64,000 bases of DNA, taken from Carcharhinus longimanus (Eukaryota). The first letter of the stretch is position 1. Every line of letters begins with the position of its first letter. A program made the position numbers and the translations under genes. A model generated the notes under the pieces. It made no database searches. It worked only from the letters and a program-made list of their open reading frames with translations, and was not told the DNA's origin. The stretch is taken from NCBI GenBank assembly GCA_030264375.1, contig JASCQW010000132.1, positions 115,496,435-115,560,434 on the forward strand, read 5' to 3'. This document shows, in pieces, positions 12,739-24,265 of this stretch.

Positions 12739-12913
12739 TTGGATACGAATTGATGAGGATTAACAATCTCTTCTGGTCTCCGATTTCCCCTGGCATTATA
12801 TCACGCCAGCAGGTGGGAACATCTCATGTTCCTGAAGATACAACATCAAGCCAAATTGAACATGTAATTGCATGACAATCTGGTTCACACCCTCACTGGA
12901 CACTGGGCATGCA

Positions 12914-13263
12914 CGGTGGGGCAGCATGGTGGCTCAGTGGTTAGCACTGCTGCCTCACAGTGCCAGGGACCTGCATTCATTTCTGGCCTTGGGTAACTGT
13001 CTGTGTGGAATTTGCAAGTTCTCACCATGTCCGGATTCTCTGGTTTCTTACCATAGTCCAAAGATGTGCAGGTTGGGTGGATTGGCCGTGCTAAATTGCT
13101 CCTTGATGTCCCAAGGTGTGTAGGTTAGAAGGATTAGTCATGGTAAACGTGTAAGGTCACAGAGATAGGGTAGAGGGTGGTCTTGTGTAAGATACCCTGT
13201 CAGAAATTCAGTGCAGACTTGATGGGCTGAATGGCCTCCTTCTCCACTATAGCGGTTTTATGA
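12914..13263 (+). mobile_element. HE1 V-SINE, full length
   Basis: Head ggcagcatggtggctcagtggttagcactgctgcctcacag, body and tail. Confidence 0.93.
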
Positions 13264-14859
13264 ATCAGATTACATCGCCAGCCAAGGGGAAGGAAGATCT
13301 CAAACTCAGATCTCCCGTTGCAAATCTCCTTATGGTTGTTATGTGAGAGTTTCTGGCCATAAACAGGATTGGTACATGCATTGGAGAAAGCTAGGAAATC
13401 ACCCCAATAGTTAAAGCCAGTCTTAACTTTGTTGACCCATTTGGATAGCCAATGCACCCCTTTGGAGAGGTAAGGCACCTCTTTGGATATGGTTCAGGAC
13501 ACACTCGGGAGGTGTAAGATGCCATTTGGTGGAAGCAGGGTGCCCTTTAGAATTGTTAGAGTGAGGCATAGACATGCATAAAATATTCATGAACCCATTA
13601 TTATCAAGCTCATTAAAACTGTCAATAGACATGCCAAAATCACCAGTCAAAATTTTCAGAAGCATCTACCAAAGGAGCTATCAAAACTGTCAGAAGCACC
13701 TGTCAAATTCAACTGTCAAAACTGTCAGGACCACCGTTCAAAGAGAAGAGGATAAGTTTCAAAAGCATCTGTCAAAGGGAACAGACAAGCCATTTAAAAG
13801 CTCTGCTCTTTAAATATTTGAAAAAGCAATGCCTAGGATGTTAAAAAATGAATTGCCTGCTATTTCATTCTATCTATTGACATAAGCTGGAGAGATTCCA
13901 TTACTGGATTAGTGCTGTGTGACTAATTTCACAACCAACCATTATCACAGCCGGATGCTTCCCATTCCACAGTTTGATCGATAGCTATAATTGGTTATTG
14001 GTTATTTGATGTGGGATGAATTGCAATGCTTGTTAAAAGGGATTGTGCACTTGAATGAAACAATTGTTGTTGTATGGCTTTATTTAGTTAAAGAAATGTA
14101 AATGTAGTATATGTGTTTTCATGAATGAGTGTTTTGTTCAATGCAGAGAAGTCTGCAATAGACACTTAAGGCCTAGATTCTGATCTTGGATCGAATGTGT
14201 TTAGGTGGAACAATTCTTGGCTCCGTAAAGCTCACCATTAAAAATGGATTTCTTTTTCAAAGGGCAGACTAGATTGGAGGTCAGGTTCACCATCCCCAAA
14301 AAGAGTACTGGGATGTCATCGGGTGTGGGGACATGCTGGGCAGAACGTCTACTTGTGTGCTTTGACACAAGTTTTCTTTTCAAGACACAAGACTCTGATC
14401 TTCACCCCCCTCACCTCCCACACTCTCACCATGTCTCATCCGTTATGTCAGCTTATATCATGCCCCTCTTTCCCCAAAAGGATGCTGGGTGGGGAGGCTT
14501 GGGTTGGCATGACTTGGCACTATGGTCTTGTGGAAGCTATAAAGAGCCATAGAGATGGGTGGAGAGGCATAGGTTGGCATGGAGGGTATGGAGACCATGA
14601 GAATTTGATGGAGGGCCATCACATATAAAGAATCATGGGGGATTGGTTGAGGGGCATAGATTGGCGAAGGGACTATAAAGAACCAAAGTAGATGGGTAGA
14701 CACATGGATTGGCATGAGGACATGAAGAGTCATAAGGGTTGTTTTGGGGCATCGTTTGACATAAGAGGCCATAGGAAATTGATGGGGGCAAAACTTGGTG
14801 TGAGGCAGGCATGTTGTCAGGCAGAATTCAGAGTGGGTCACACGATTCCCTTCAGTCTT

Positions 14860-15510
14860 TTTCTGGTTGGCAAGACATAATGAGTGATGTGCCATAGGGA
14901 TCAATGTTGGGACTTCAACTGTTTACAAATATATAAATGGCTTTGATGAAGGATTGCACGGGATGGTTACCAAATTTGCTGATGACACAAATAGAGATAG
15001 GAAAGTAAGTTGTGAAAAACACATAAGAAGGCTACAAAAAGATTTGGTTAGGTTAAGTGAGTGAACAAAGATCTGGTAAATGGTGTATAGGGTGAAATGG
15101 TCCATTTTTTAGTGGGAAGAATAAATGATGAGCAAATGATTGGAGATCCCAGAGCTCTGAGATGCAAAGGGACCTGAGTGGCTTAGTGCATGAATCACAA
15201 AAGGCTGATGTGCAGATACAGCAAATAATTAGGAAAGCTGATAGAATGTTGCCATTATTTGTGAGGGGAATCAAATACAAAAGGTTATGCTTCAGCTGTA
15301 CTGGGCATTAGTGAGACCACATTGGAGTATTGGGTACAATATTGGTCATCTTAATTAAGAAAGGATGTAAATTCATTGGAAGCAGTCCAGGCAAGGTTTA
15401 CCAGACTGGAATGGGCTGGTTGCCTTATGACGTTGGACAGGCTAGGTTTGTGTCTGCTGTCATTTAGATGTCTAGGTTTGTCAGTCTTTGAAGTTCTCTT
15501 CCTGGAAAGA
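14860..15510 (+). mobile_element. CR1 LINE ORF2 (RT) fragment; 3' end displaced to 17371-17545
   Basis: Decayed PQGSMLG..F.IYIN and KFADDT RT motifs (aaatttgctgatgacaca) and LVRPHLEY-like sequence. Confidence 0.9.
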
Positions 15511-15513
15511 GAA

Positions 15514-17370
15514 TGGCCAGGATTCTCCCCAAAAAATTTGTAAGTGCCAAATTTGTGTAAAAGCTGGGAGTAAATCCTGTTGTTTCTTTTTGCAGGATTT
15601 TCAAAATGAATCTCCCACACTCTGTTCGTCATACAGGGCCTAACGAGACACAGAAAAATGTGTGGGCAGGGCCTGTTCCTGCTGGAGAGGTTGACAGCAC
15701 AGCACTGGATGAGCCACAATGCATGCGCCAATCTGTCATAGAGCAGATTGGTGCATGCACAGTAACCTTATACTGCGAGTTTCCCAATCACTGGCAATGT
15801 TGCCTCTCTGATTCCCAAATCCCCCCCAGTTGCTGACCACCCGGACGTCTCTGGGCTAGACCCAAACCCTACCCTGGCCCTGCCACTCTGATGGCCAGCC
15901 CCGATTGGCCCTTCCCTCCCTCTGCCCGCAATCCCAACTGCAGAATGGCAGCAGGACCGCCCACTCACAATGATCTCCCCCTACAGGCTCCGTCGCCAAT
16001 AGGCCCTGCTTCCTTTGGTCCTGCCCCCTTAGCACTGCTCAATGCCCACTGGGCCCCTGGGCAGTGCCAGGGAGCAAGCTGGTACTGCCAAGCTGACAAC
16101 GCCCAGAGGGCTCCCCTTACTCGCGACATTCTGGGTCCTCCATGGTCCCCCTTTGCTCCAGCAGGTTCAGGTCGCCTGCTTCTCGTTTGTGAAGATGTGT
16201 TCTAAACCCCACTGGAATGAAACACTCCTGGTTGGTGTGGGGTGGGAGGGACGGTGGTTGATGGGTGAGGGCTAGGCTAGTGGGCCCAGAGATTTTAGTC
16301 CCAGGCTGGTCATGTGTGATGTTAGTATGCCTTTAAGAATTTTTTTTTAAGTCATGTTCTGTATAGTTGTAGGCAGGCTTTTTGGTTTCATTGTTGCCGG
16401 GCTGTCTGGTTAGAAGTTCTTTTATTGCTGCTTCAATGGTTTAAATGGGGTTTTGCTTATCTTTACTCTGGGCCTCAGATAATTTCTGGGATCTCTTATG
16501 ACCCTACATTGTGAAGATTGACTAGTCAAAATCAGGTGGTTCCTCCCCAGAAGGATTCAAGGACTTACTTTCAGTTTTGGTTTAAAAGACAAAAACACTG
16601 TTTTTGTTGTCAAGCAATAGATAGTTTTTCTCCCTCTCTGTCCCTGATATTATAGATTCTGCTAGCTAGCTGGAAGAACATCTTCCGCTATTCCTGGAGT
16701 GGAAAATCCGGTTGGCTTGCCTGGAGTCTCTCTTTCTCCCTGGTGTTTTGGGAAGTTATTCTGATTTCAAGCTGGTCTGTGCGTATATCAAGAGGACTGC
16801 TGAAGTTACAAAGCTGGGAAGTCAGACTTTCAATTATCCAATCAAAAGACTAAGTTCCAGCATCACATGAGCATTCTGTGCTGAACCTGTGACAAGGGTT
16901 TTGTATTGAGTGGGACATTTCATATGTTTATTAAGGGTTATACAATATCATATTTTTTTGTTTGTAATTGGTAAAATCTATTGCTAATTTTCTTTCTATG
17001 CACATTAGCTGTACACTTAAATAAACTTTGTTTGATGAAAACACCCTAGTGGAATCATACCTGAAGTGGAGCATTTCATGCTCACTCTAGTCAAATTCAA
17101 ATTGCAAAACTTATGGTCCAGGCGGACTTCATAAAACACTTCGCAGTTTCTGACCTGAATTAGAACAGATGTAAATTTGAATTTGAATTTAAATATTTTA
17201 ATCAATTCCACGTTGATTTCTGATGCGAAGCTGATGATGCCGAAATTCTGGTAGCTACAAATGTGCCGAGGCTGTGGTGCCCAGTGAGAAGCCCACTAAA
17301 CAGTCTCTGCTTATGTCTCCTGGCCCGCTGCACTGCTGGAGCAACATAACAGACTAGGAGAAATACCCCC
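15514..17370. mobile_element. Non-autonomous PIF/Harbinger-type element nested in CR1, itself carrying a solo LTR
   Basis: Imperfect TIRs ggccaggattctccc / aggagaaataccccc flanked by aat on both sides. The interior is shared with 25455-26158, 33992-34640 and 39477-39867. Confidence 0.7.
16307..17167 (+). mobile_element. Solo LTR
   Basis: A ~860-nt block interrupts the GC-rich element, ends in ...gaattagaaca and has aataaa at ~17020. A partial inverted copy lies at 18562-18750. Confidence 0.65.
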
Positions 17371-17545
17371 AATATTTTTAAGGCAGAGGTGGAAAAGTTC
17401 TTGGCAAGCAAGGGGGGATAGGTTTTTGAAGGGAAGTGAGATGCAGATTTGAGGTTATTATCAGATCAAACATGGTCTTATTAAATGACAGCACAGGTTT
17501 GAGGGACTGAATGGCCTACTGCTGCTCCTTGTTTGTATGTTCATT
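17371..17545 (+). mobile_element. CR1 LINE 3' UTR/tail
   Basis: tttaaggcagaggtgg...gactgaatggcctactgctgctcc...tgtatgttc. Confidence 0.85.
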
Positions 17546-17621
17546 CCTCCTTAAATTTAAGAAAACAGTCCCAAACATAACAGTCTTACCAACTTCATAT
17601 TTGTAACAAAGGACATCTGAA

Positions 17622-17948
17622 GGTATGGCATAGTGACACACTGGTTAGCACTGCTACCTCTCGGCGCCAGGGACCTGAGTTCAATTCCCGGCTTGGGTCA
17701 CTATCTGTGTGGAATTTGCACACATTCTCCCTGTGTCTGCGTGGGGTTCCTCCAGGTGCTTTGGGTTTCCTCTCACAATCCAAAGATGTGCAGGTTAGAT
17801 TGATCGGTCATGCTAAATTGTCACTTAGCAGGATAAATACGTGGGCTACAGGGATGGGGTCTGGGTGGGTTTGTGATTGATACAGACTCGATGGGCCGAA
17901 TGGCCTCTTTCTGTACTGTAGGGATTCTGGGATTCTATGATTCTATGA
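17622..17948 (+). mobile_element. HE1 V-SINE, full length
   Basis: Head, body and (ttctatga)n tail. Confidence 0.95.
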
Positions 17949-18769
17949 ATCCATGTGCTTCAAAATGATTGACAATTACCCAAGAACATTTTTAAAATAA
18001 CATTTGTCTCATGTGCTCATTAAAGAGGAACAATCATCTTGAAAAAATATTGAGTAAAAGTTATTCATTTGCTTTAAAATATATGCTATACTGTAAATCA
18101 CACTGAAATACCTCAGTTGCAGATTGCATAACCAATCTAGATGGCACTTCTGGCTTTTTACCAACCCAAAACAAAAAACATTCTCCTTGTGAAGTTGGTG
18201 CACTTTCTGGTGAACCTTAGAAGTTTCAGGTCACTTTCTTTACTCAGTGTCAACATGAACATTATGGCTTGAACCTGCCCTCAGAAGCCCACATCACACT
18301 ATATTTTTCCAGTTCCAAGAATAAATTTCTTCACGGCTTTTCTGAATTATATTGCTAATCGAGTGCCAATTTGTGGCAAATGATTGGCAGTTGTGTTCCT
18401 TGACCTTTACCTGCTTGACTGATGCTGCCCAAAATCATTTCATTTAGAATCCTTACAGCTGGTGGCAAACAGAGACATATTCTTCACTTTTGGGTCAACT
18501 CAAAACCACATCCATGGCTGATCCACCCCTAAAATAATCCACCATCGGCTAATACTAATAGGTCATAGGTTCAGCACAGAAAATACGAATGCTCATATGA
18601 TGCTGGAACTTAGTCTTTTGATTGGATAATTGAAACTTTGACTTCCCAGCCTTGTAACTTCAGCAGTCCTGTTGATATACACACAGACCAGCTTGAAATC
18701 AGGACAGCTTCCCAAAACACCAGGAAGAAAGAGGGACTTTAGGCGAACAAACCACCAACAGCATATTTT

Positions 18770-19110
18770 CCAATAGTGCTATTGTTGCTGGATTCTTAAT
18801 CCAGAAACTCAGCTAAAGTTCTGGGGATGTGGGTTTGAATCCTGCCATGGCAGATGGTGAATTTGAACTCAATAACAAAAATCTGGAATTAAGAACCTAT
18901 TGATGACCATGAAACCATTGCCGATTGTTAGAAAAACCCATCTGGTTCACTAACGTCCTTTAGGGAAAGAAATCTTCTGTCTTTACCTGGTCTGGCCTAC
19001 GTGTGACTCCAGAGCCATAGCAATGTGGTTGACGATTAACTGCCCTGGGTCAACTAGGGATGGGCAATAAATGCTGGTGACACCGATGTCCCTTGGATGA
19101 ATATAAAAAT
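18770..19110 (+). mobile_element. tRNA-derived SINE, same family as 3615-3900
   Basis: gggtttgaatcctgccatggcagatgg...gggcaataaatgctgg tail. Confidence 0.85.
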
Positions 19111-19719
19111 AAATAATAGTGGTAGTACTGAGGGGGTTAATTATCAAGGTTAAGTAGTTTGCCCAGTTAATTTGTCGAACTCTATGGTTTAGAAGCTGAG
19201 CATTTATTGAGTCACAGGTGTGGAATAGAGACATGACAGCATACAATGGCGCATAACTTCCAATAAGCGGCGGAATGCCATGGGCTGCCAAAAGTTGTTG
19301 AATTTTTTGTGCACTTACCTGAGTTGTAAAATTGAGATCCAACACCCAAGGGGAGCAGCAGCCTTCGGTCTTTAGTGGGACAATCTCCACAGGCCCCAGC
19401 ATGTTGTGGGAGGACCCTAGCCATGCCCCTTTATGGTGGGATAGCTATTGAGGTCTAATTTTGAAACAGTAGTTTGAAAGTGAAGACAGAGAGATCAAAA
19501 AGCAATGATCATTGGCAGTAGCTTTTGACATTGGATCATTTAAAGTGTATTTTTAAATTTTATTCTTATGATTGAAGGCAAGTATTATGTAATATGTATA
19601 AATGTACAAAGATTTTGTTAATTGTTTTAAACCTCTGAAACTACTATTTAAATCTGCTTTATATTATTATATAACTTTACCTGTGGTATGCTTATATGTG
19701 TTCGTATGTTTTAATTTAG

Positions 19720-20700
19720 AATATGGAAACTGAAAATGTAGTTGGGAACAAGAGAGAGGTCAGAACTTCGTGGAACATGATTTGGATATCTTATTGCATG
19801 AGATTGAACAAAGGAGAGTTCACATTTTGGGCCGTGGAAAATCTAAACCACCATGGATTTATCATTAGTATTCTTCTGCCTTGTTTACTTCATTTATAAT
19901 TAATCATATTTAACTGTTGTGTTTTGATGTTTCAGTAAATCATTTGTATAATTTTGTAAAGTTTAATGGAAAACATTTATTAACAAAAATAATGATATAA
20001 ATACAAAACTTTGATACCATGTTAACATTTAACTAAACATTTTACTTTGGTAGCTGCACTATGTCATTGCTTGCCTCAGCTTTAAGTTTCTTACAATATT
20101 TTTTTTCTCTTTAACACAATNNNNNNNNNNNNNNNNNNNNNNNNNNNNNNNNNNNNNNNNNNNNNNNNNNNNNNNNNNNNNNNNNNNNNNNNNNNNNNNN
20201 NNNNNNNNNNNNNNNNNNNNNNNNNNNNNNNNNNNNGGACATATTAATTGTATTAATTTTACATGTAGCCTGACTCTTCTCTCATGACCTCTGCGCCTAT
20301 GTCGAAGCTTCAAAAGGATGTTAAGGAGCCAAACTGAAAGTATGGTGTACCAGTGGTGGTGGAACATGACCCCAGGTTTTCAATCTATACTGGGTTCTGC
20401 AATACCTATCAGAGATACTTCACATCAGCTTATAGGAGACTTGCATATGCCATCTTAAGGAATACATTTGTCTAAAGCATTTGAAATAGCCAAGTTGCAT
20501 ACTTCCCATTGTAAATGTAAAACTCATTTCACCCTATATCTTAAGAGGCTTCTAAGGATCAATCAGGGGTTGCATCAGTGAGACTCTTAAAATTGCTAGA
20601 AACACTGCTTACGACTTTAGAAGAAACTTCACAAATCCACTTTGACATATATGAATGGACTTCTAACTGGAATTAGCTTGTCATGACAAAGTTGTAAACA
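19720..20700. mobile_element. Decayed autonomous-type Harbinger remnant (Myb/SANT fragment on +, possible transposase fragment on -)
   Basis: 19752-19868 translates as ERGQNFVEHDLDILLHEIEQRRVHILGRGKSKPP, like the N-terminus of a Harbinger Myb/SANT (MSANTD) domain. A weak GY..WLL.P-like motif lies on the minus strand near 20300-20360. Confidence 0.5.
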
Positions 20701-20856
20701 ATTTTTAAAAATCTTTCTTTCCCTTTTTATGCATTACATATATTTTAAACATCTGCTGCCTCTACTTACTGCAGATAGAGCAGAATAAGGGTGCGTAGAT
20801 AAGTAAGTGTTAATACTCACCTAATATCAGGGCAAGTAAGAGAAGTTAGGGAGAGA

Positions 20857-20941
20857 TAAAAGCAAAATACTGCCGATGCAGGCATGTGAAACAAAAACAG
20901 AAAATGCTGGAAAATCTCAGAAGGCCTGACAGCATCTGTGG
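20857..20941 (-). mobile_element. Penelope-associated terminal repeat fragment
   Basis: aaagcaaaatactgc.gatgc...aaatgctggaaaatctcag...cagcatctgtgg. Confidence 0.65.
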
Positions 20942-20943
20942 GC

Positions 20944-21113
20944 CATGATGTAGAGATGCTGGCGTTGGACTAGGGTAAGCACAGTAAGAAATCTCACAAC
21001 ACCAGGTTAAAGTCCAACAGGTTTATTTGGTAGCACAAGCCACAAAGGCTTTTAGAGCGCTGCTCCTTCATCTGATGAAAGATGACCTGTTTGACTTTAA
21101 CCTGGTGTTGTGT
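20944..21113. mobile_element. Palindromic mini Penelope-like element (two inverted terminal pieces)
   Basis: cacaacaccaggttaaagtccaacagg ... cctgtttgactttaacctggtgttgtg, the same family as 8896-10198. Confidence 0.8.
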
Positions 21114-21629
21114 AACGCATGGGTCCTCTAAGGCCTCTGCCAATGAATGGCCCCAGCACATTCAATAAGTAAAATTACACTCAAACTACCTTGATCATAA
21201 ACATGTGCATTTATACATAACATATTATCTGTAATGTATCAGGACAACTGCCTTATAACAAAAAGAACCAACTGCATGATGATGGTAAGAACACCAAAAA
21301 CCTTCCCTCTTGCATGCTCTGTTCAAGTGATTATGTTTAAGCAAATCTGATAATTCATTTGACCAAATTATTTGATCTGACGTTTCTTAAGTTTGTTCTT
21401 GATGGTCCGCACCAAAATCATTTTGGTCTCTTCCACTCCTGCTACTAAAAGATGCTGATAGTGCTTTGCCTGTCGAATAAAAGCCTCTGTCCTAATCTCT
21501 TTCCTCTCTATTTTCTCTCTTGCATTACCTTTAACTTTATGTTTCTCATCCTCTCTCAGTTTTTTTCCCTCAACCTTTTCTATCTTTCCTGTTCTGGTAT
21601 CTGTTTAATTTCTTCATTAGCTTTTCTTT

Positions 21630-21822
21630 TACTTTGTTTCTTTTTTTTAAGGCAAGGATAGGTAATTTTTAAAACAGTAATGGAATTAAGAGTTATGGTG
21701 AGCGAGCAGGTAAGTGGAGCCGAGTCCACAGAAAGATCAGACATGATCTTATTGAATGGCAGAGCAGGCTCTACGGGTCAGATGGCCTACTCCTGCTCCT
21801 AGTTCTCATGCTCTTATGTTCT
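21630..21822 (+). mobile_element. CR1 LINE 3' end
   Basis: gatcttattgaatggcagagcaggc...gatggcctactcctgctcctagttctcatgctcttatgttc. Confidence 0.85.
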
Positions 21823-22124
21823 CATAGAATTGCAGTTCTTGTGTGCATTAAAACATGAGGCAGATGGAGCTGGGTGAGCGGGGGTCTGAATCTGTCAGAG
21901 AATATGGAATTAAAAAGCAAAGCAGAGATATAAACAAGTGGAGATGAGCAATTGGTGAACTGATTCCTGCTACATGTTAGTCAGGACCATCTCAGTTGTC
22001 TTGGCTGCTGGTTACATCCGAACTTAAGCAAGCATGCAAGTTCTTTGCAGCTTAATAGAAGACAGAAAATATGCTCAGTTAAGAGCATATTTGAGACAGA
22101 ATCATTGAGCAGATGCTTTTCAGT

Positions 22125-22543
22125 CATAGAATCACTACAGTGCGGAAGGAGGCCAATTCGGCCCATTGAGCCTGCAAGAACAATGATCCCCCCTAGGCCT
22201 ATCCCCNNNNNNNNNNNNNNNNNNNNNNNNNNNNNNNNNNNNNNNNNNNNNNNNNNNNNNNNNNNNNNNNNNNNNNNNNNNNNNNNNNNNNNNNNNNNNN
22301 NNNNNNCCTATCCCCATAACCTCACCTATTTATCCTGCTGATCCCCCTGACACTAAGGGGCAATTTAGCATGGCCATTCCACCTAACCTGCACATCTTTG
22401 GACTGTGGCAGGAAACCGGAGAACTCGGAGGAAACCCACGCAGACACGGGGAGCACATGTAAACTCCACATGGGCGTTCACTCAAGGCTGGAATTGAACC
22501 CGGATCCTTGGTGCTGTGAGGCAGCAGTGCTAATCACTATGTG
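22125..22543 (-). mobile_element. HE1 V-SINE containing a gap
   Basis: Tail, body and head on the minus strand. Confidence 0.92.
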
Positions 22544-23794
22544 AAATGTGAAAGAAATTCACTCCCTGAAGATATTCTTTAGATATCCTGCCGCAATTTT
22601 CTGATGTGCAGAGTAGCTGTGACATATAACACTGCTGCTAACATTGAAAAAACTCCAGATTAATCAAATACCTGAGACCTCGCCTTGAAAAAGAGACTTA
22701 AACATGGTTAAGAGCAGGGACTTGTGTCTGCCATGTGGAAATCATCTAGAAACAGTTCATTCTCCCCCCACAACCCTGATATTTACTTAAGCATGTGAAG
22801 CAAGGGGTTAAAATTTCTTGATGGAAAAACTGAAAGCATAGGTTCCCATACATGCTACAGAGTTTAATTGCGGTTCTTAAAAGAAACACTCAGTGGGTGT
22901 CCAATGGACAGCCAGCTGGATTGATTCTGTTGAATGGGAAAGCAGCCAATTAAGTATGGGGAATCAGAGATTGCAGGGGGGTGGGAGTTGGATGTTGGGT
23001 TTGGAGTGGTTGGAGATTATAGAGAATGAGGGTTAAAGATTGAGCAAGGTGGTAATGTCAGATATTTGGACCTGGGGTGGGGAGTGGAGGGTGGTTCAGA
23101 GATCATGTGACACTGAGGGTCAGAGAACGTGGGGGACATAGATCGCTAAGGGGTAGGGGTGGTAGTTCAGTGGAGGGGAAAGGTATAGAGAGATAATCTT
23201 GTTGGGCCTGAAGGGAACACAACTGCTCTTCCTGATCCACAAGCAGCGCTACAAATGCAGTTATCTTATGGAGTCAGCTTTTCTCATCTCTCTTTGTCTG
23301 CTGGATTGCCCACGTTCCAGAAAACCCAGTCAACCTTAGTTAAAAATAAAAAACTTGTGAAACTGGAGGCACACAAAATCTTAAAATAGTTCAGTGGCCA
23401 ACCTGCTTTGAGAGAGTGGACTGGTCACCTGCCCTGCCCACTTCTGTTAAACTAGATTTGATTGGGTTGGGTTTGAGATTTACGTTGATTATAATCGCAT
23501 TCAACCGAAACTTAATCATTCTTGGGTCAAAACCAGCCTCCTGGTCTCACTGTAAGAAGGAGAGACACAGGCTGTGGTCAAAACGTGGCTGGAGCAAAAC
23601 CCTGCCAAAATCTCACAGTTAGAATTAAACAGTAGCTTTCTAAATATTTACTCACATTTAATGATAGAAAAGTGCTGATAATCTTGTCAGCCATATATGG
23701 TCATTTTAAAAGACCCACACAGACTCGTAGCCAGTGAGGAGCACAGTGTTTAAAATCCTTTCCTAAATTTGCAGTCACATAATGTAATCAAAAC

Positions 23795-24265
23795 GCATAG
23801 AAGGAGGCCATTCAGCCTATTGTGCCTGTGCTGGCTCTTTGATAGAACTATCCAATTAGCCCTACTCTTTTTCCACAGCCCTGCACTTTTATCCACTTAA
23901 AGCAATTTATCCAACTCAGCTCTGAAAGTTATCAATAAGTCTGCTTCCACTACACTTCTAGCAATGAAATTCAGATTGTTAACAGCTCACTGGGTAATTG
24001 TTTCTTCCTCAGAACTGCCCCGTTCCTCATGCCAATTACCATGAATCTGCGTCCTCTGTTACTGAGCCTTCTGCCACTGGAAACAATAGTTGTCCACCAT
24101 AACCCTTTCTGATTTTGAACACTTAATTAAATCACCCCTTAACTTTCATTGCCCTACGCACAATAACATTGATTTTTCTGCTCTCTCCAAGACTTTCATC
24201 CCTGGTACTATCCTAATAAATCTCCTCTCTAAGGCTTTAACATCCTTCTTAAAGTGCCCTGCTGG
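23795..24265 (-). mobile_element. Old CR1 LINE 3' fragment
   Basis: gaaggaggccattcagcc...ctggctcttt tail followed by decayed ORF2 C-terminal sequence. Confidence 0.7.

Noticed and set aside
14480-14800. 148-aa ORF and ggcat/ggagg-rich periodicity
   Set aside because: It is low-complexity degenerate interior of a GC-rich repeat, with no recognisable protein.
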